Shown in pieces: positions 25,424-33,752 of a stretch of DNA of 61,758 bases; the stretch's first letter is position 1; every line of letters begins with the position of its first letter. This DNA comes from Verrucomicrobiota bacterium (lineage in GTDB: Bacteria > Verrucomicrobiota > Verrucomicrobiia > Limisphaerales > UBA9464). Where the stretch lies: the NCBI GenBank assembly GCA_025363585.1, contig JANYDN010000315.1, forward strand, positions 1-61,758. The letters are read 5' to 3'. The position numbers and the translations under genes were made by a program. The notes beneath the pieces are model-generated. The model did no database searches. It was given only the letters and a program-made list of their open reading frames with translations, and had not been told where the DNA came from.

Positions 25424-28108
25424 ATGAAGTGGCGTCGCTCCAGTATTGCGCGCGTTTTGGCGCTCGCCCTTGCGGCGGCCGCGTTCTTCCCCGCGCTCGG
25501 CGGCGACCCCACCAACCACTGGGCCTACCGTCCCATCGTTCGTCCCGCCGTGCCCGCGGCCGACGCTCCCAGCGGGAATCCCATCGATGCCTTCGTGCGC
25601 GCGCGACTCGGATCCCGCGGTCTCTCGCCCGCGCCCGGGGCGGATCGTCGGACCTTGGTGCGCCGCGTGTTTCTCGATCTGGTCGGATTGCCGCCATCCC
25701 CCGAGGAGTCGGACGCGTTCGTCGCCGATGACCGGCCCGACGCATTCGGCGAACTCGTGGATCGTCTCCTCGCCTCGCCGCGCCACGGCGAGCGGTGGGC
25801 ACGGCATTGGATCGACGCCGCGCACTTCGCGGAGACGCACGGGCACGACCAGGACCGCATCCGCACGCACGCGTGGCCGTACCGCGACTATCTCGTCGGC
25901 GCGTTCAACGACGACAAACCCTACGACCGCTTCGTCCGCGAACAGGTGGCCGGCGACGTCCTGTATCCGGACGATCCGGCCGCGACCGTCGCGCTTGGCT
26001 TTCTGGCGTCCGGTCCGTGGGACGAAAGCTCCCTGCGTGACATCCGTGAGGACACCGTGGACCGGCAGATCGGACGGTATCTCGACCGGGACGACGTCGT
26101 GACGACCGTGATGCAGACGTTTGCGAGCATCACCGTCCAGTGCGCGCGCTGCCACGACCACAAGTTCGACCCGATTCCGCAGCGTGACTACTACGCGTTG
26201 CAGGCGGTGTTCGCCGGCGTCGACCGCGCGGACCGCGCGTGGGACGCGGATCCGGCCGTGCACCGGAAACGTCAGGAACTCTTCGCGCTTCGAAGGCGGT
26301 TGGGACGCGGCGATCCATCGCTCGTGCTGTCGGCGCAATCCAAACGCGAGGCCACGGAGTGGATCCGCGCCACCGGCGCGCGCCCGATTTCGTGGCGCGT
26401 CTTCGGGCCGCGGACATTCGTCTCGACCGGCGGCGCGACGCTGGCGTTGAACGAAGACGGGTCGGTGTCGTCCGCGGGGAAACGTCCGGACCGCGACACG
26501 ACCACGTTTTCGGGCCCGCCGGCATTGGACGAAATCACCGCGGTACGGCTCGAGGTGTTGCCCGACGACGCGTTGCCGAAACACGGGCCGGGCCGGAACG
26601 AGAACGGGAATTTCCATCTCAGCGAATTCCAACTGCTGATCTTCGAGCCCGGCGTCGCGAAGGCACGCGTCGTCGAGCTCGCGAATCCCACGTCGGATTT
26701 CGACCAGGACGGCTGGGGCATCGCGCGTGCCCTCGACGGCGACGAGAAGACCGCGTGGGGAATCCATCCGCGCGAGGGCGAGGCGCACGAGGCGATCTTC
26801 GAATTGAAGGCGCCGCTTCGTGCGGCCGCGGGTTCGACGCTCGTCTTCGTCCTCAAGCAACTCCACGGGGACGGGCACGTGATCGGGCGCGCGCGTCTCT
26901 CCGTCACCGACGCGCCGCTTCCCATCCGAATCCTTCCGCCGGTGATTCGCGAGGCCGTCGCCGTCGACGCGGGCCAACGCACCGACGCGCAGTGGACCGC
27001 GCTCGCACGACATGTGGTCGGCGGGAGCATCGAGAAGGACCTCGCCGCGTTGCCCGCGCCGTCGATGGTTTACGCCGCGGCCGCGGACTTCGAACCCGAC
27101 GGCGGATTGAAGCCGTCGGGCGCGCCGCGGATGGTGCGGGTATTGCATCGCGGCGACATCGGCAAACCGCGCGAGGACGCCTCGCCGGGAGCGCTTGGAT
27201 GCGTCGCCGCGTTGCCGTCGCGGTTCGAGGTGGATCCGGGCGCGGAGGAAGGAGCGCGCCGCGCGGCGTTGGCCGACTGGCTCTCCGACCGCGAGAACCC
27301 GCTGGTCTGGCGCTCGATCGTCAACCGCGTCTGGCGCCTGCATTTCGGGCGCGGCCTCGTCGAGACGCCGAACGACTTCGGCAAGATGGGCGACGCGCCG
27401 TCGCATCCGGAACTTTTGGATTGGCTGGCCGCGTGGTTCCGCGACGACGCCCACGGGTCGTTGAAGCAATTGCACCGGTTGATCGTGACCAGCGCGACGT
27501 ACCGCCAGCGTTGCGTCGCCGAGGATCCACATGGGGTGGCGGCGATCGATCCCGACAACCGTTTGCTCTCGCACATGAACCGCGCGCGGCTCGATGCCGA
27601 ACAGGTGCGCGACGGGATCCTGCAGGCGTCGGGCCGGCTCGATCTGCGGATGGGAGGACCGGGCGACCGCCAGTTCGATCTGCAGCCTGGCATCCACGTG
27701 ACGCCGCGGGTCGACTACACGAAGTTCGACGTCGACGCCGACGCGGGCCGGCGGCGCGGCATCTACCGTTTTCTGTTCCGGACGTTGCCCGATCCGTTCA
27801 TGGACGCGCTGGATTGTCCCGCGGGCGACCAACTCACGCCGGTGCGCGGCGCGGGGGTCACGGTGCAGCAGGCGCTGGCGCTGTGGAACGACGTGTTCGT
27901 GACGCGCCACGCCGAGCACCTTGCGCGACGCATCGAGGGCGAACGCGCCGGACCCGAGGCACGCATCGCGCGCGCGTTCGAGCTGTTGCTGCAACGCCCG
28001 CCCACGTCCGCGGAATCCACGGAGTTCGTCGGGTACGCGAACCGGCACGGCCTGGCGAACGGATGCCGGCTGTTGCTGAACTCCAACGAATTCATGTTCG
28101 TGAACTGA
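25424..28108 (+). CDS. DUF1549/DUF1553 (PSD1-type) domain protein
   Basis: Signal peptide. DUF1549 motifs IDAFVRARL and RRV.LDL.GLPP...E..AF. A central discoidin-like segment. DUF1553 motifs NPL..R..VNR.W...FG.G.V....DFG..G..PSHPELLDWLA. Confidence 0.85.
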   Translation: MKWRRSSIARVLALALAAAAFFPALGGDPTNHWAYRPIVRPAVPAADAPSGNPIDAFVRARLGSRGLSPAPGADRRTLVRRVFLDLVGLPPSPEESDAFVADDRPDAFGELVDRLLASPRHGERWARHWIDAAHFAETHGHDQDRIRTHAWPYRDYLVGAFNDDKPYDRFVREQVAGDVLYPDDPAATVALGFLASGPWDESSLRDIREDTVDRQIGRYLDRDDVVTTVMQTFASITVQCARCHDHKFDPIPQRDYYALQAVFAGVDRADRAWDADPAVHRKRQELFALRRRLGRGDPSLVLSAQSKREATEWIRATGARPISWRVFGPRTFVSTGGATLALNEDGSVSSAGKRPDRDTTTFSGPPALDEITAVRLEVLPDDALPKHGPGRNENGNFHLSEFQLLIFEPGVAKARVVELANPTSDFDQDGWGIARALDGDEKTAWGIHPREGEAHEAIFELKAPLRAAAGSTLVFVLKQLHGDGHVIGRARLSVTDAPLPIRILPPVIREAVAVDAGQRTDAQWTALARHVVGGSIEKDLAALPAPSMVYAAAADFEPDGGLKPSGAPRMVRVLHRGDIGKPREDASPGALGCVAALPSRFEVDPGAEEGARRAALADWLSDRENPLVWRSIVNRVWRLHFGRGLVETPNDFGKMGDAPSHPELLDWLAAWFRDDAHGSLKQLHRLIVTSATYRQRCVAEDPHGVAAIDPDNRLLSHMNRARLDAEQVRDGILQASGRLDLRMGGPGDRQFDLQPGIHVTPRVDYTKFDVDADAGRRRGIYRFLFRTLPDPFMDALDCPAGDQLTPVRGAGVTVQQALALWNDVFVTRHAEHLARRIEGERAGPEARIARAFELLLQRPPTSAESTEFVGYANRHGLANGCRLLLNSNEFMFVN

Positions 28109-28118
28109 AGGGAGCCCA

Positions 28119-29600
28119 ATGCCGATGCCATCGATCCAACGGATTTCGGAAAGTCGACGCTCGTTCCTGTGGCGCACGGGCGGCGGGTTGGGCGGCGTGG
28201 CGCTGGCGCAACTGCTCGGCGCGGGTCGGACGCTGGGCGCGGACGCCCCGGGTTCCGTCGCGGCGGCGATTCCCGACGGCCTGCGGCATCATCCGGTGCG
28301 TGCCAAGCGCGTCATCCAGTTGTTCATGAACGGCGGCGCGAGCCAGATGGATCTCTTCGACCACAAGCCCGAGTTGTTCCGCCGGCACGGCGAGAAGTTC
28401 GATCCCGGCAACGGCGAACACGTGGAAGCCGCCACCAGCGAGCCCGGGAAAATCCTGAAGCCGCCGTACGAGATGCGGCGCCACGGACAAAGCGGGCGTT
28501 GGGTTTCGGACCTGATGCCCAACCTCGCGCGCCACGTCGACGACCTCGCGTTCTTCATGGCGATGTCGTCCCGGACCAATGTCCACGGGCCCGGAAGCTT
28601 CCTCATGAACACCGGCTTCCTCCTTCCGGGGTTCCCGAGTTTTGGTTCGTGGGTGAGCTACGCGTTGGGAAGCGAGTCGGACAATCTCCCGTCGTTCGTG
28701 GTGCTGCCGGACGCGCGCGGGTTGCCGTACAACCAGAAGGGCAATTTCTCCGCCGGGTTTCTCCCCGTGCAACACCAAGGGACGATCATCCAGTCGCGTC
28801 CGGCGGCCGGCGACGTGCCCGCGGAATTCGTCTTCGGCGATCTCCGGCCACCGCCGTCGGCGCGCTACATCACGTCGGCGTCGTCGGGCGAGGGACTCGA
28901 TTTGCTCGGCCGCTTCAACCGTGCACACCAGTCGGAGAACGCGGATGACCCGCGGCTGGAGGCGCGGATCCGGGCCTACGAACTCGCGGCGAAGATGCAG
29001 CTCAGCGCGCCCGAGGTTCTCGATCTTTCGGGCGAGAGCGACGCGACGCGGCGGCTCTACGGCGTCGATGGACCGGTCACCGGGGATTTCGGGCGGCGTT
29101 GCCTGTTGGCGCGGCGGTTGGTGGAACGCGGCGTGCGGTGCGTGCAGGTTTGGAGCGGCGCGGGCGGCCCGACGAACAACTGGGACAACCACGCGAACAT
29201 CGCGAAGGAACTCCCGCCGATGTGCGCGGCGACGGACCAACCGGTCGCGGCGTTGCTGTCGGATTTGAACGCGCGCGGGATGCTCGAGGACACGCTGGTG
29301 TTGTGGAACACGGAGTTCGGCCGGATGCCCTTCTCGCAAAGCGGCGACGGCCGCGACCACAACGGCGGGACGTTCGTGGGATGGATGGCGGGCGCGGGCG
29401 TGCGGCCCGGCGTGGCGTATGGGTCGAGCGACGACTGGTCGTGGAAAGCGGCCCAGGACGTGACGACGACGTACGACTTCCACGCGACCGTGCTGCACCT
29501 TCTGGGCATGGACCACCACCGCCTGGTGTACCGGCACGGCGGCGCGGACCGCCGTTTGACGGACGTGCACGGCGAGGTCGTGCGCGCGGTGCTGGCGTAG
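28119..29600 (+). CDS. DUF1501 (sulfatase-fold) protein, Tat-exported
   Basis: Twin-arginine leader SRRSFLWRTGGGLGGVALAQLLGA. DUF1501 motifs FMNGG.SQ.D.FD.KP, WD.H and GRDHN..GF. Canonical partner of the preceding gene. Confidence 0.85.
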   Translation: MPMPSIQRISESRRSFLWRTGGGLGGVALAQLLGAGRTLGADAPGSVAAAIPDGLRHHPVRAKRVIQLFMNGGASQMDLFDHKPELFRRHGEKFDPGNGEHVEAATSEPGKILKPPYEMRRHGQSGRWVSDLMPNLARHVDDLAFFMAMSSRTNVHGPGSFLMNTGFLLPGFPSFGSWVSYALGSESDNLPSFVVLPDARGLPYNQKGNFSAGFLPVQHQGTIIQSRPAAGDVPAEFVFGDLRPPPSARYITSASSGEGLDLLGRFNRAHQSENADDPRLEARIRAYELAAKMQLSAPEVLDLSGESDATRRLYGVDGPVTGDFGRRCLLARRLVERGVRCVQVWSGAGGPTNNWDNHANIAKELPPMCAATDQPVAALLSDLNARGMLEDTLVLWNTEFGRMPFSQSGDGRDHNGGTFVGWMAGAGVRPGVAYGSSDDWSWKAAQDVTTTYDFHATVLHLLGMDHHRLVYRHGGADRRLTDVHGEVVRAVLA

Positions 29601-29775
29601 AGCGGGCGTCCTCGCCTGCGCAAATCACGGGCGTCCTCGCCTTCGCCGGGCTTCGGCGGAGCAAGCCCGCCCGTGCCCCGCGGGTCGCGACAATACGAGA
29701 CGCACCGGGGACGGTGCTTTTTTGCGCAGGCGAGACGCCCGCGACTACCGCAGGCGAGGACGCCCGCGCCACATC
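29598..29775. repeat. REP-like element, family A, with an embedded terminator-like hairpin
   Basis: gtagagcgggcgtcctcgcctgcgca...cgtgccccgcgggtcgcgacaatacgagacgcaccggggacggtgcttttttgcgcaggcgagacgcccgcgactaccgcaggcgaggacgcccgcgc. Hairpin gcaccg-ggga-cggtgc + tttttt at 29702-29723. Confidence 0.8.
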
Positions 29776-29852
29776 TTGCGGCGCAATCATGCCGGCCGGG
29801 GCAATCGGCCGCCTCGTTGACGGCAATTCGGCTGTGCTGTAAATGTGTAAGC

Positions 29853-30137
29853 ATGGTTCGAACTCAGGTGCAGCTTCCAGACGACGTGTACGCACGAGCG
29901 AAGCGGCTCGCGGAGCGGCGCGAGGTTTCCCTCGCCGAACTAACCCGTCGCGGCCTCGAGTACATTCTCAGCATCTATCCCCCCGACGACGGATCCAATG
30001 CCGTGTGGCAGCCGCCCGCTCCCCGGAAGTTGGGTTGGCGAGGGCTCGACGACGCGGAACTCAAGGCCGAGGCGCAACGTGGGACCGCGGAGGATCTCGT
30101 CGTCCGAGCCCGGAAAACAGCCCGCCGATCGCGATGA
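29853..30137 (+). CDS. vapB: Ribbon-helix-helix antitoxin (VapB/CopG-like)
   Basis: MVRTQVQLPDDVYARAKRLAERREVSLAELTRRGLEYIL is an RHH pattern. Its stop overlaps the toxin ATG (ATGA). Confidence 0.75.
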   Translation: MVRTQVQLPDDVYARAKRLAERREVSLAELTRRGLEYILSIYPPDDGSNAVWQPPAPRKLGWRGLDDAELKAEAQRGTAEDLVVRARKTARRSR

Positions 30138-30577
30138 TTTCCTTCGACACCAACCTGCTATTCCACGCCTACAACGCGGATTCGCCCTCGCACGAGGCAG
30201 CCTACCGATGGTTGGGATCGTTCGACCGGGACGAGGAGGCGGCTGTATCTGAGTTTGTATTGGCCGAGTTCTACGGGCTCCTCCGGAATCCGCGGGTGCT
30301 GACGGCACCGTTGACGGCCGCCGAGGCGGTCGGCGTCGTCCAGAGTTATCGACGTCACCCGAATTGGCGGTTGGTGGGATTCCCAGCGGAAAGTCGCATG
30401 CTTCACGATGCACTCTGGAAGAAGGCGGGCGCCCGCGACTTCGCGTTCCGGCGCCTTTACGACGTCCGCACCGCCTTGACCCTGCAAGCGCATGGAGTCA
30501 CGGAATTCGCGACCGTCAACGTGAAGGATTTCCGGGATTTGGGATTCGCGAAGGTTTGGAACCCGCTCGAGGAATAG
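30134..30577 (+). CDS. vapC: PIN-domain ribonuclease toxin
   Basis: MISFDTNLL (first acidic residue), SEFVLAEFY and a TVNVKDF tail. About 147 aa. Coupled to the RHH gene. Confidence 0.8.
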   Translation: MISFDTNLLFHAYNADSPSHEAAYRWLGSFDRDEEAAVSEFVLAEFYGLLRNPRVLTAPLTAAEAVGVVQSYRRHPNWRLVGFPAESRMLHDALWKKAGARDFAFRRLYDVRTALTLQAHGVTEFATVNVKDFRDLGFAKVWNPLEE

Positions 30578-30622
30578 GCACGGGTCCGCGTGGGAGTCCG
30601 CGGGCGCGACGCGACGGCCGGC

Positions 30623-30785
30623 TGACGGACGTGCACGGCGAGGTCGTGCGCGCGGTGCTGGCGTAGAGCGGGCGTCCTCGCCCGTGCCCCGCGGGTCGCG
30701 ACAATACGAGACGCACCGGGGACGGTGCTCTTTTGCGCAGGCGAGACGCCCGCGACTACCGCAGGCGAGGACGCCCGCGCTACGC
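30623..30785. repeat. Duplicate of the DUF1501 3' end (44 coding nt plus stop) and a family A REP unit
   Basis: 30623-30682 matches 29557-29616. 30683-30780 matches about 29672-29769 with one mismatch seen. ORF 30364..30666 ends RLTDVHGEVVRAVLA, as does the DUF1501 protein. Confidence 0.85.
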
Positions 30786-30788
30786 CGC

Positions 30789-30817
30789 TTCAAACTTCAA
30801 ACCTGAAACTTGAAACC
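30789..30817. repeat. Family B repeat words
   Basis: ttcaaacttcaaacctgaaacttgaaacc, directly abutting the family A unit and the valS stop. Confidence 0.6.
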
Positions 30818-30828
30818 CCGCCCCCGCC

Positions 30829-33537
30829 CTATTCCGGCGGCAAATTGTCGATCGCGGATTGCACCTGCCTGAGCTTCGTCTGCCAGTCGGCGAGGCGCTG
30901 CTTGTGTTCCTCGAACACCTTCGCCGGAACTTTCTGCGCGAAAGCCGGGTTCGCCAGCTTCTCCTCCACCTTCACGATCTCGCCCGCGATCCTCTCCTTC
31001 TCCTTCGTGAGCCGCACGCGTTCCGCCGCGTGGTCCACGAGTCCCGCCAACGGCAGGAACAATTCGCCCAGCGCGTTCGCCGCCACCGGCGTTCCGCGTT
31101 CCGGAGCCCAGCCCGCCGGCGCGATCTCGATCGACTCCGCATTCAGCAAGAGCTTGAGCACCTCGATCTCCGCCGCCGGCAATTCGCCCGTGGGCCGCAG
31201 CACAAACTTCACCCGCTTCGCCGGCTCGATCTTCGAGTCGCGCTTCAACCCGCGTCCCAATGACACCAGATCGAACGTCGCCTGCGCCACTTGGTCCGCC
31301 GCGTCGTCGAGCGCGAAGTGCGTCTTCTCGTCGTCGTCGAACGGCTTCGGCCACGTCGCGAACATCAGCGTCTTGCCGCCGCGATCGGCCGGTAGGTCGC
31401 GATCGAATCCCATCCCGTGCCACAACTCCTCGGTGATGAACGGCAGGAACGGATGGAACAACCGCAGCAGGTTCCCGAGCACGAAGTCGGTCACCGCGAG
31501 TTTGTTCGCCTTCAGCCGCTCGCCGCCCGCGCCGGCCGTGCCCAGCGCCGCCTTGCTGGCCTCGATGTACCAGTCGCAATACTCGCTCCAGAAGAAGCGG
31601 TACAACGTCGCCGTCGCGTCGCTGAACTTGTACTCGGCGAACGCCCGGGTCACCTCGCCGATCGCCTGGTCCAGCCGCAGCAGGATCCACTTGTCGTCGT
31701 TGGTGAGCAGCGCGGGATCGATCTCGCCCTCGGTCTCGCCGCCCTGCATTTGCCGGAACCGGCACGCGTTCCAGAGCTTGTTGCAGAAGTTCCGGCCGAG
31801 CTCGACCGACTGCTCGTCGAACAACACGTCCTGTCCCAGCGGCGCCGCGCGCATCACGCCGAAGCGCAGCGCGTCCGCGCCGAACTTCGCGATGAGGTCG
31901 AGCGGGTCGGGCGAGTTGCCGAGCGACTTCGACATCTTCCGGCCCTGTTTGTCGCGGATGATGCCCGTGAAGTAGACGTTCCGGAACGGCAGGTCGCCCA
32001 TGTACTCATGCCCGGCCATGATCATGCGCGCGACCCAGAAGAAGATGATGTCGGGCCCCGTGACCAAGTCGGTGGTTGGATAGAACGCCTTCAACGTCGC
32101 GTTCTTCGCGTCCGTCGATTGGTCGTCGATCCAACCCATCGTGGCGAACGGCCACAGCCAAGAGCTGAACCACGTGTCGAGCACGTCGGGGTCCTGCGTC
32201 CAACCGTCGCCGGCAGGCGCTTCCATGCCGCAATACCGTTCGTCGCCGCGATACCACACCGGCACGCGGTGCCCCCACCAGAGCTGGCGGCTGATGCACC
32301 AGTCCTGGATGCCGCTCAGCCAGTGGTCGTACACCTTGGCCCAACGATCGGGGAAGAAGCGCATCGCGCCGTCGGCGACGCACGCCTTCGATTCCGCGAC
32401 GCTCGGGTACTTCAGGAACCATTGCTCGCTGAGACGCGGCTCGATGGGCACGTCCGCGCGTTCGCTGAATCCGACGTTGTTCGTGTACGGCTCGGATTTC
32501 TCAAGCGCGCCCGCCGCCTCGAGGATCTCGGCCGACTTCTTTCGCGCGGCGAATCGGTCCAAGCCCGCGAGGTCCGTGCCCGCGCCGTCCGTCATCTTGC
32601 CGTCGGGCGTCAGGACATCGATCACCGGCAGCTTGTGCCGCAGGCCGATTTCATAGTCCGCCTTGTCGTGCGCGGGCGTGACCTTGAGCACGCCGGTGCC
32701 GAATTCGAAATCGACGTGGTCGTCGGCGATGATCGGGATCAGGCGTTGCTCCTTCGGCACGTCGAGCGGCAACGCCTTCACGACGTGTTTGCCCACGAGG
32801 TGCGCGTAGCGCGGGTCCTTGGGATTCACCGCCACGGCGGTGTCCGCGGGGATCGTCTCGGGCCGCGTCGTGGCGATGGTAAGGAACGTGCCGGGCGCCT
32901 CGGCCACTTCCACACGGAAGTGGTACATGAAGCCCTTCTGTTCCTTCATCACCACTTCCTCGTCGGAGAGCGCTGTGAGCGACGCGGGGCACCAGTTCAC
33001 CATGCGCTTGCCGCGGTAGATCAGGCCCTTCGCGTAGAGATCGACGAACACCTTCTGGACGCACCGGGAATATTCCGGGTCCATGGTGAAGCGCGTGCGC
33101 GACCAATCGCACGAGGCGCCGAGCGCGCGGAGCTGCTTCAGGATGATGCCGCCGTACTTCTCCTTCCACTCCCAGATGCGCGCGACGAGTGCCTCGCGGC
33201 CGAGATCGTCGCGGTGCTTGATCTCGCCGGCTTTCTTCAGCGTTTTCTCGACGACGTTCTGCGTCGCGATGCCGGCGTGGTCGGTGCCGGGAAGCCAGAG
33301 GACTTCCTTGCCGTCCATGCGCGCCTTGCGGGCGAGGATGTCCTGGATGGTGTTGTTGAGGACATGGCCGAGCGTGAGGACGCCGGTGACGTTCGGCGGC
33401 GGGATGACGATGGAATAGGCGGGACGGGTCGCGGAGACGCGCGCGGGATCTGCGGTGAAGCATCCCTGCTCCAGCCAGAAGTCATACCAGCGCGTCTCGA
33501 CGGCTTGCGGTTCGTAGGCCTTTGAAATCTCGGTCAT
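30829..33537 (-). CDS. valS: Valine--tRNA ligase
   Basis: Start MTEISKAYEPQAVE at 33537. HIGH-type PPPNVTGVLTLGHVLN. KMSKS motif. C-terminal coiled coil. 902 aa. Confidence 0.95.
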   Translation of the reverse strand: MTEISKAYEPQAVETRWYDFWLEQGCFTADPARVSATRPAYSIVIPPPNVTGVLTLGHVLNNTIQDILARKARMDGKEVLWLPGTDHAGIATQNVVEKTLKKAGEIKHRDDLGREALVARIWEWKEKYGGIILKQLRALGASCDWSRTRFTMDPEYSRCVQKVFVDLYAKGLIYRGKRMVNWCPASLTALSDEEVVMKEQKGFMYHFRVEVAEAPGTFLTIATTRPETIPADTAVAVNPKDPRYAHLVGKHVVKALPLDVPKEQRLIPIIADDHVDFEFGTGVLKVTPAHDKADYEIGLRHKLPVIDVLTPDGKMTDGAGTDLAGLDRFAARKKSAEILEAAGALEKSEPYTNNVGFSERADVPIEPRLSEQWFLKYPSVAESKACVADGAMRFFPDRWAKVYDHWLSGIQDWCISRQLWWGHRVPVWYRGDERYCGMEAPAGDGWTQDPDVLDTWFSSWLWPFATMGWIDDQSTDAKNATLKAFYPTTDLVTGPDIIFFWVARMIMAGHEYMGDLPFRNVYFTGIIRDKQGRKMSKSLGNSPDPLDLIAKFGADALRFGVMRAAPLGQDVLFDEQSVELGRNFCNKLWNACRFRQMQGGETEGEIDPALLTNDDKWILLRLDQAIGEVTRAFAEYKFSDATATLYRFFWSEYCDWYIEASKAALGTAGAGGERLKANKLAVTDFVLGNLLRLFHPFLPFITEELWHGMGFDRDLPADRGGKTLMFATWPKPFDDDEKTHFALDDAADQVAQATFDLVSLGRGLKRDSKIEPAKRVKFVLRPTGELPAAEIEVLKLLLNAESIEIAPAGWAPERGTPVAANALGELFLPLAGLVDHAAERVRLTKEKERIAGEIVKVEEKLANPAFAQKVPAKVFEEHKQRLADWQTKLRQVQSAIDNLPPE

Positions 33538-33606
33538 GTCGCGTCCGGCGAGCCTAACAAACGGATGCGCCGATGGGGAGAAGGAGTTGAGGAAGGCGTG
33601 GAGAGG

Positions 33607-33693
33607 GGCACGGGCGGGGACGCCCGTGATTTGTGCAGGCGAGACGCCCGCCCTACGCCGGCCCTTGAAACTTGAAACTGAAAACTTGAAACT
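33607..33693. repeat. Composite family A + family B repeat in the valS/WD40 divergent region
   Basis: ggcacgggcggggacgcccgtgatttgtgcaggcgagacgcccgccctacgccg followed by cttgaaacttgaaactgaaaacttgaaactcc. Confidence 0.7.
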
Positions 33694-33752
33694 CCACGCG
33701 GGCCTTGCGCCGCGTGGCGCGCGATGGCAATCACTCCGGGACTTCACCCGTC

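Noticed and set aside
30364-30666. A 100-aa ORF ending in RLTDVHGEVVRAVLA, considered as a possible gene.
   Set aside because: Most of it overlaps vapC in another frame. Only the last 14 codons match the DUF1501 C-terminus, so it is a duplicated gene-end fragment and not a CDS.
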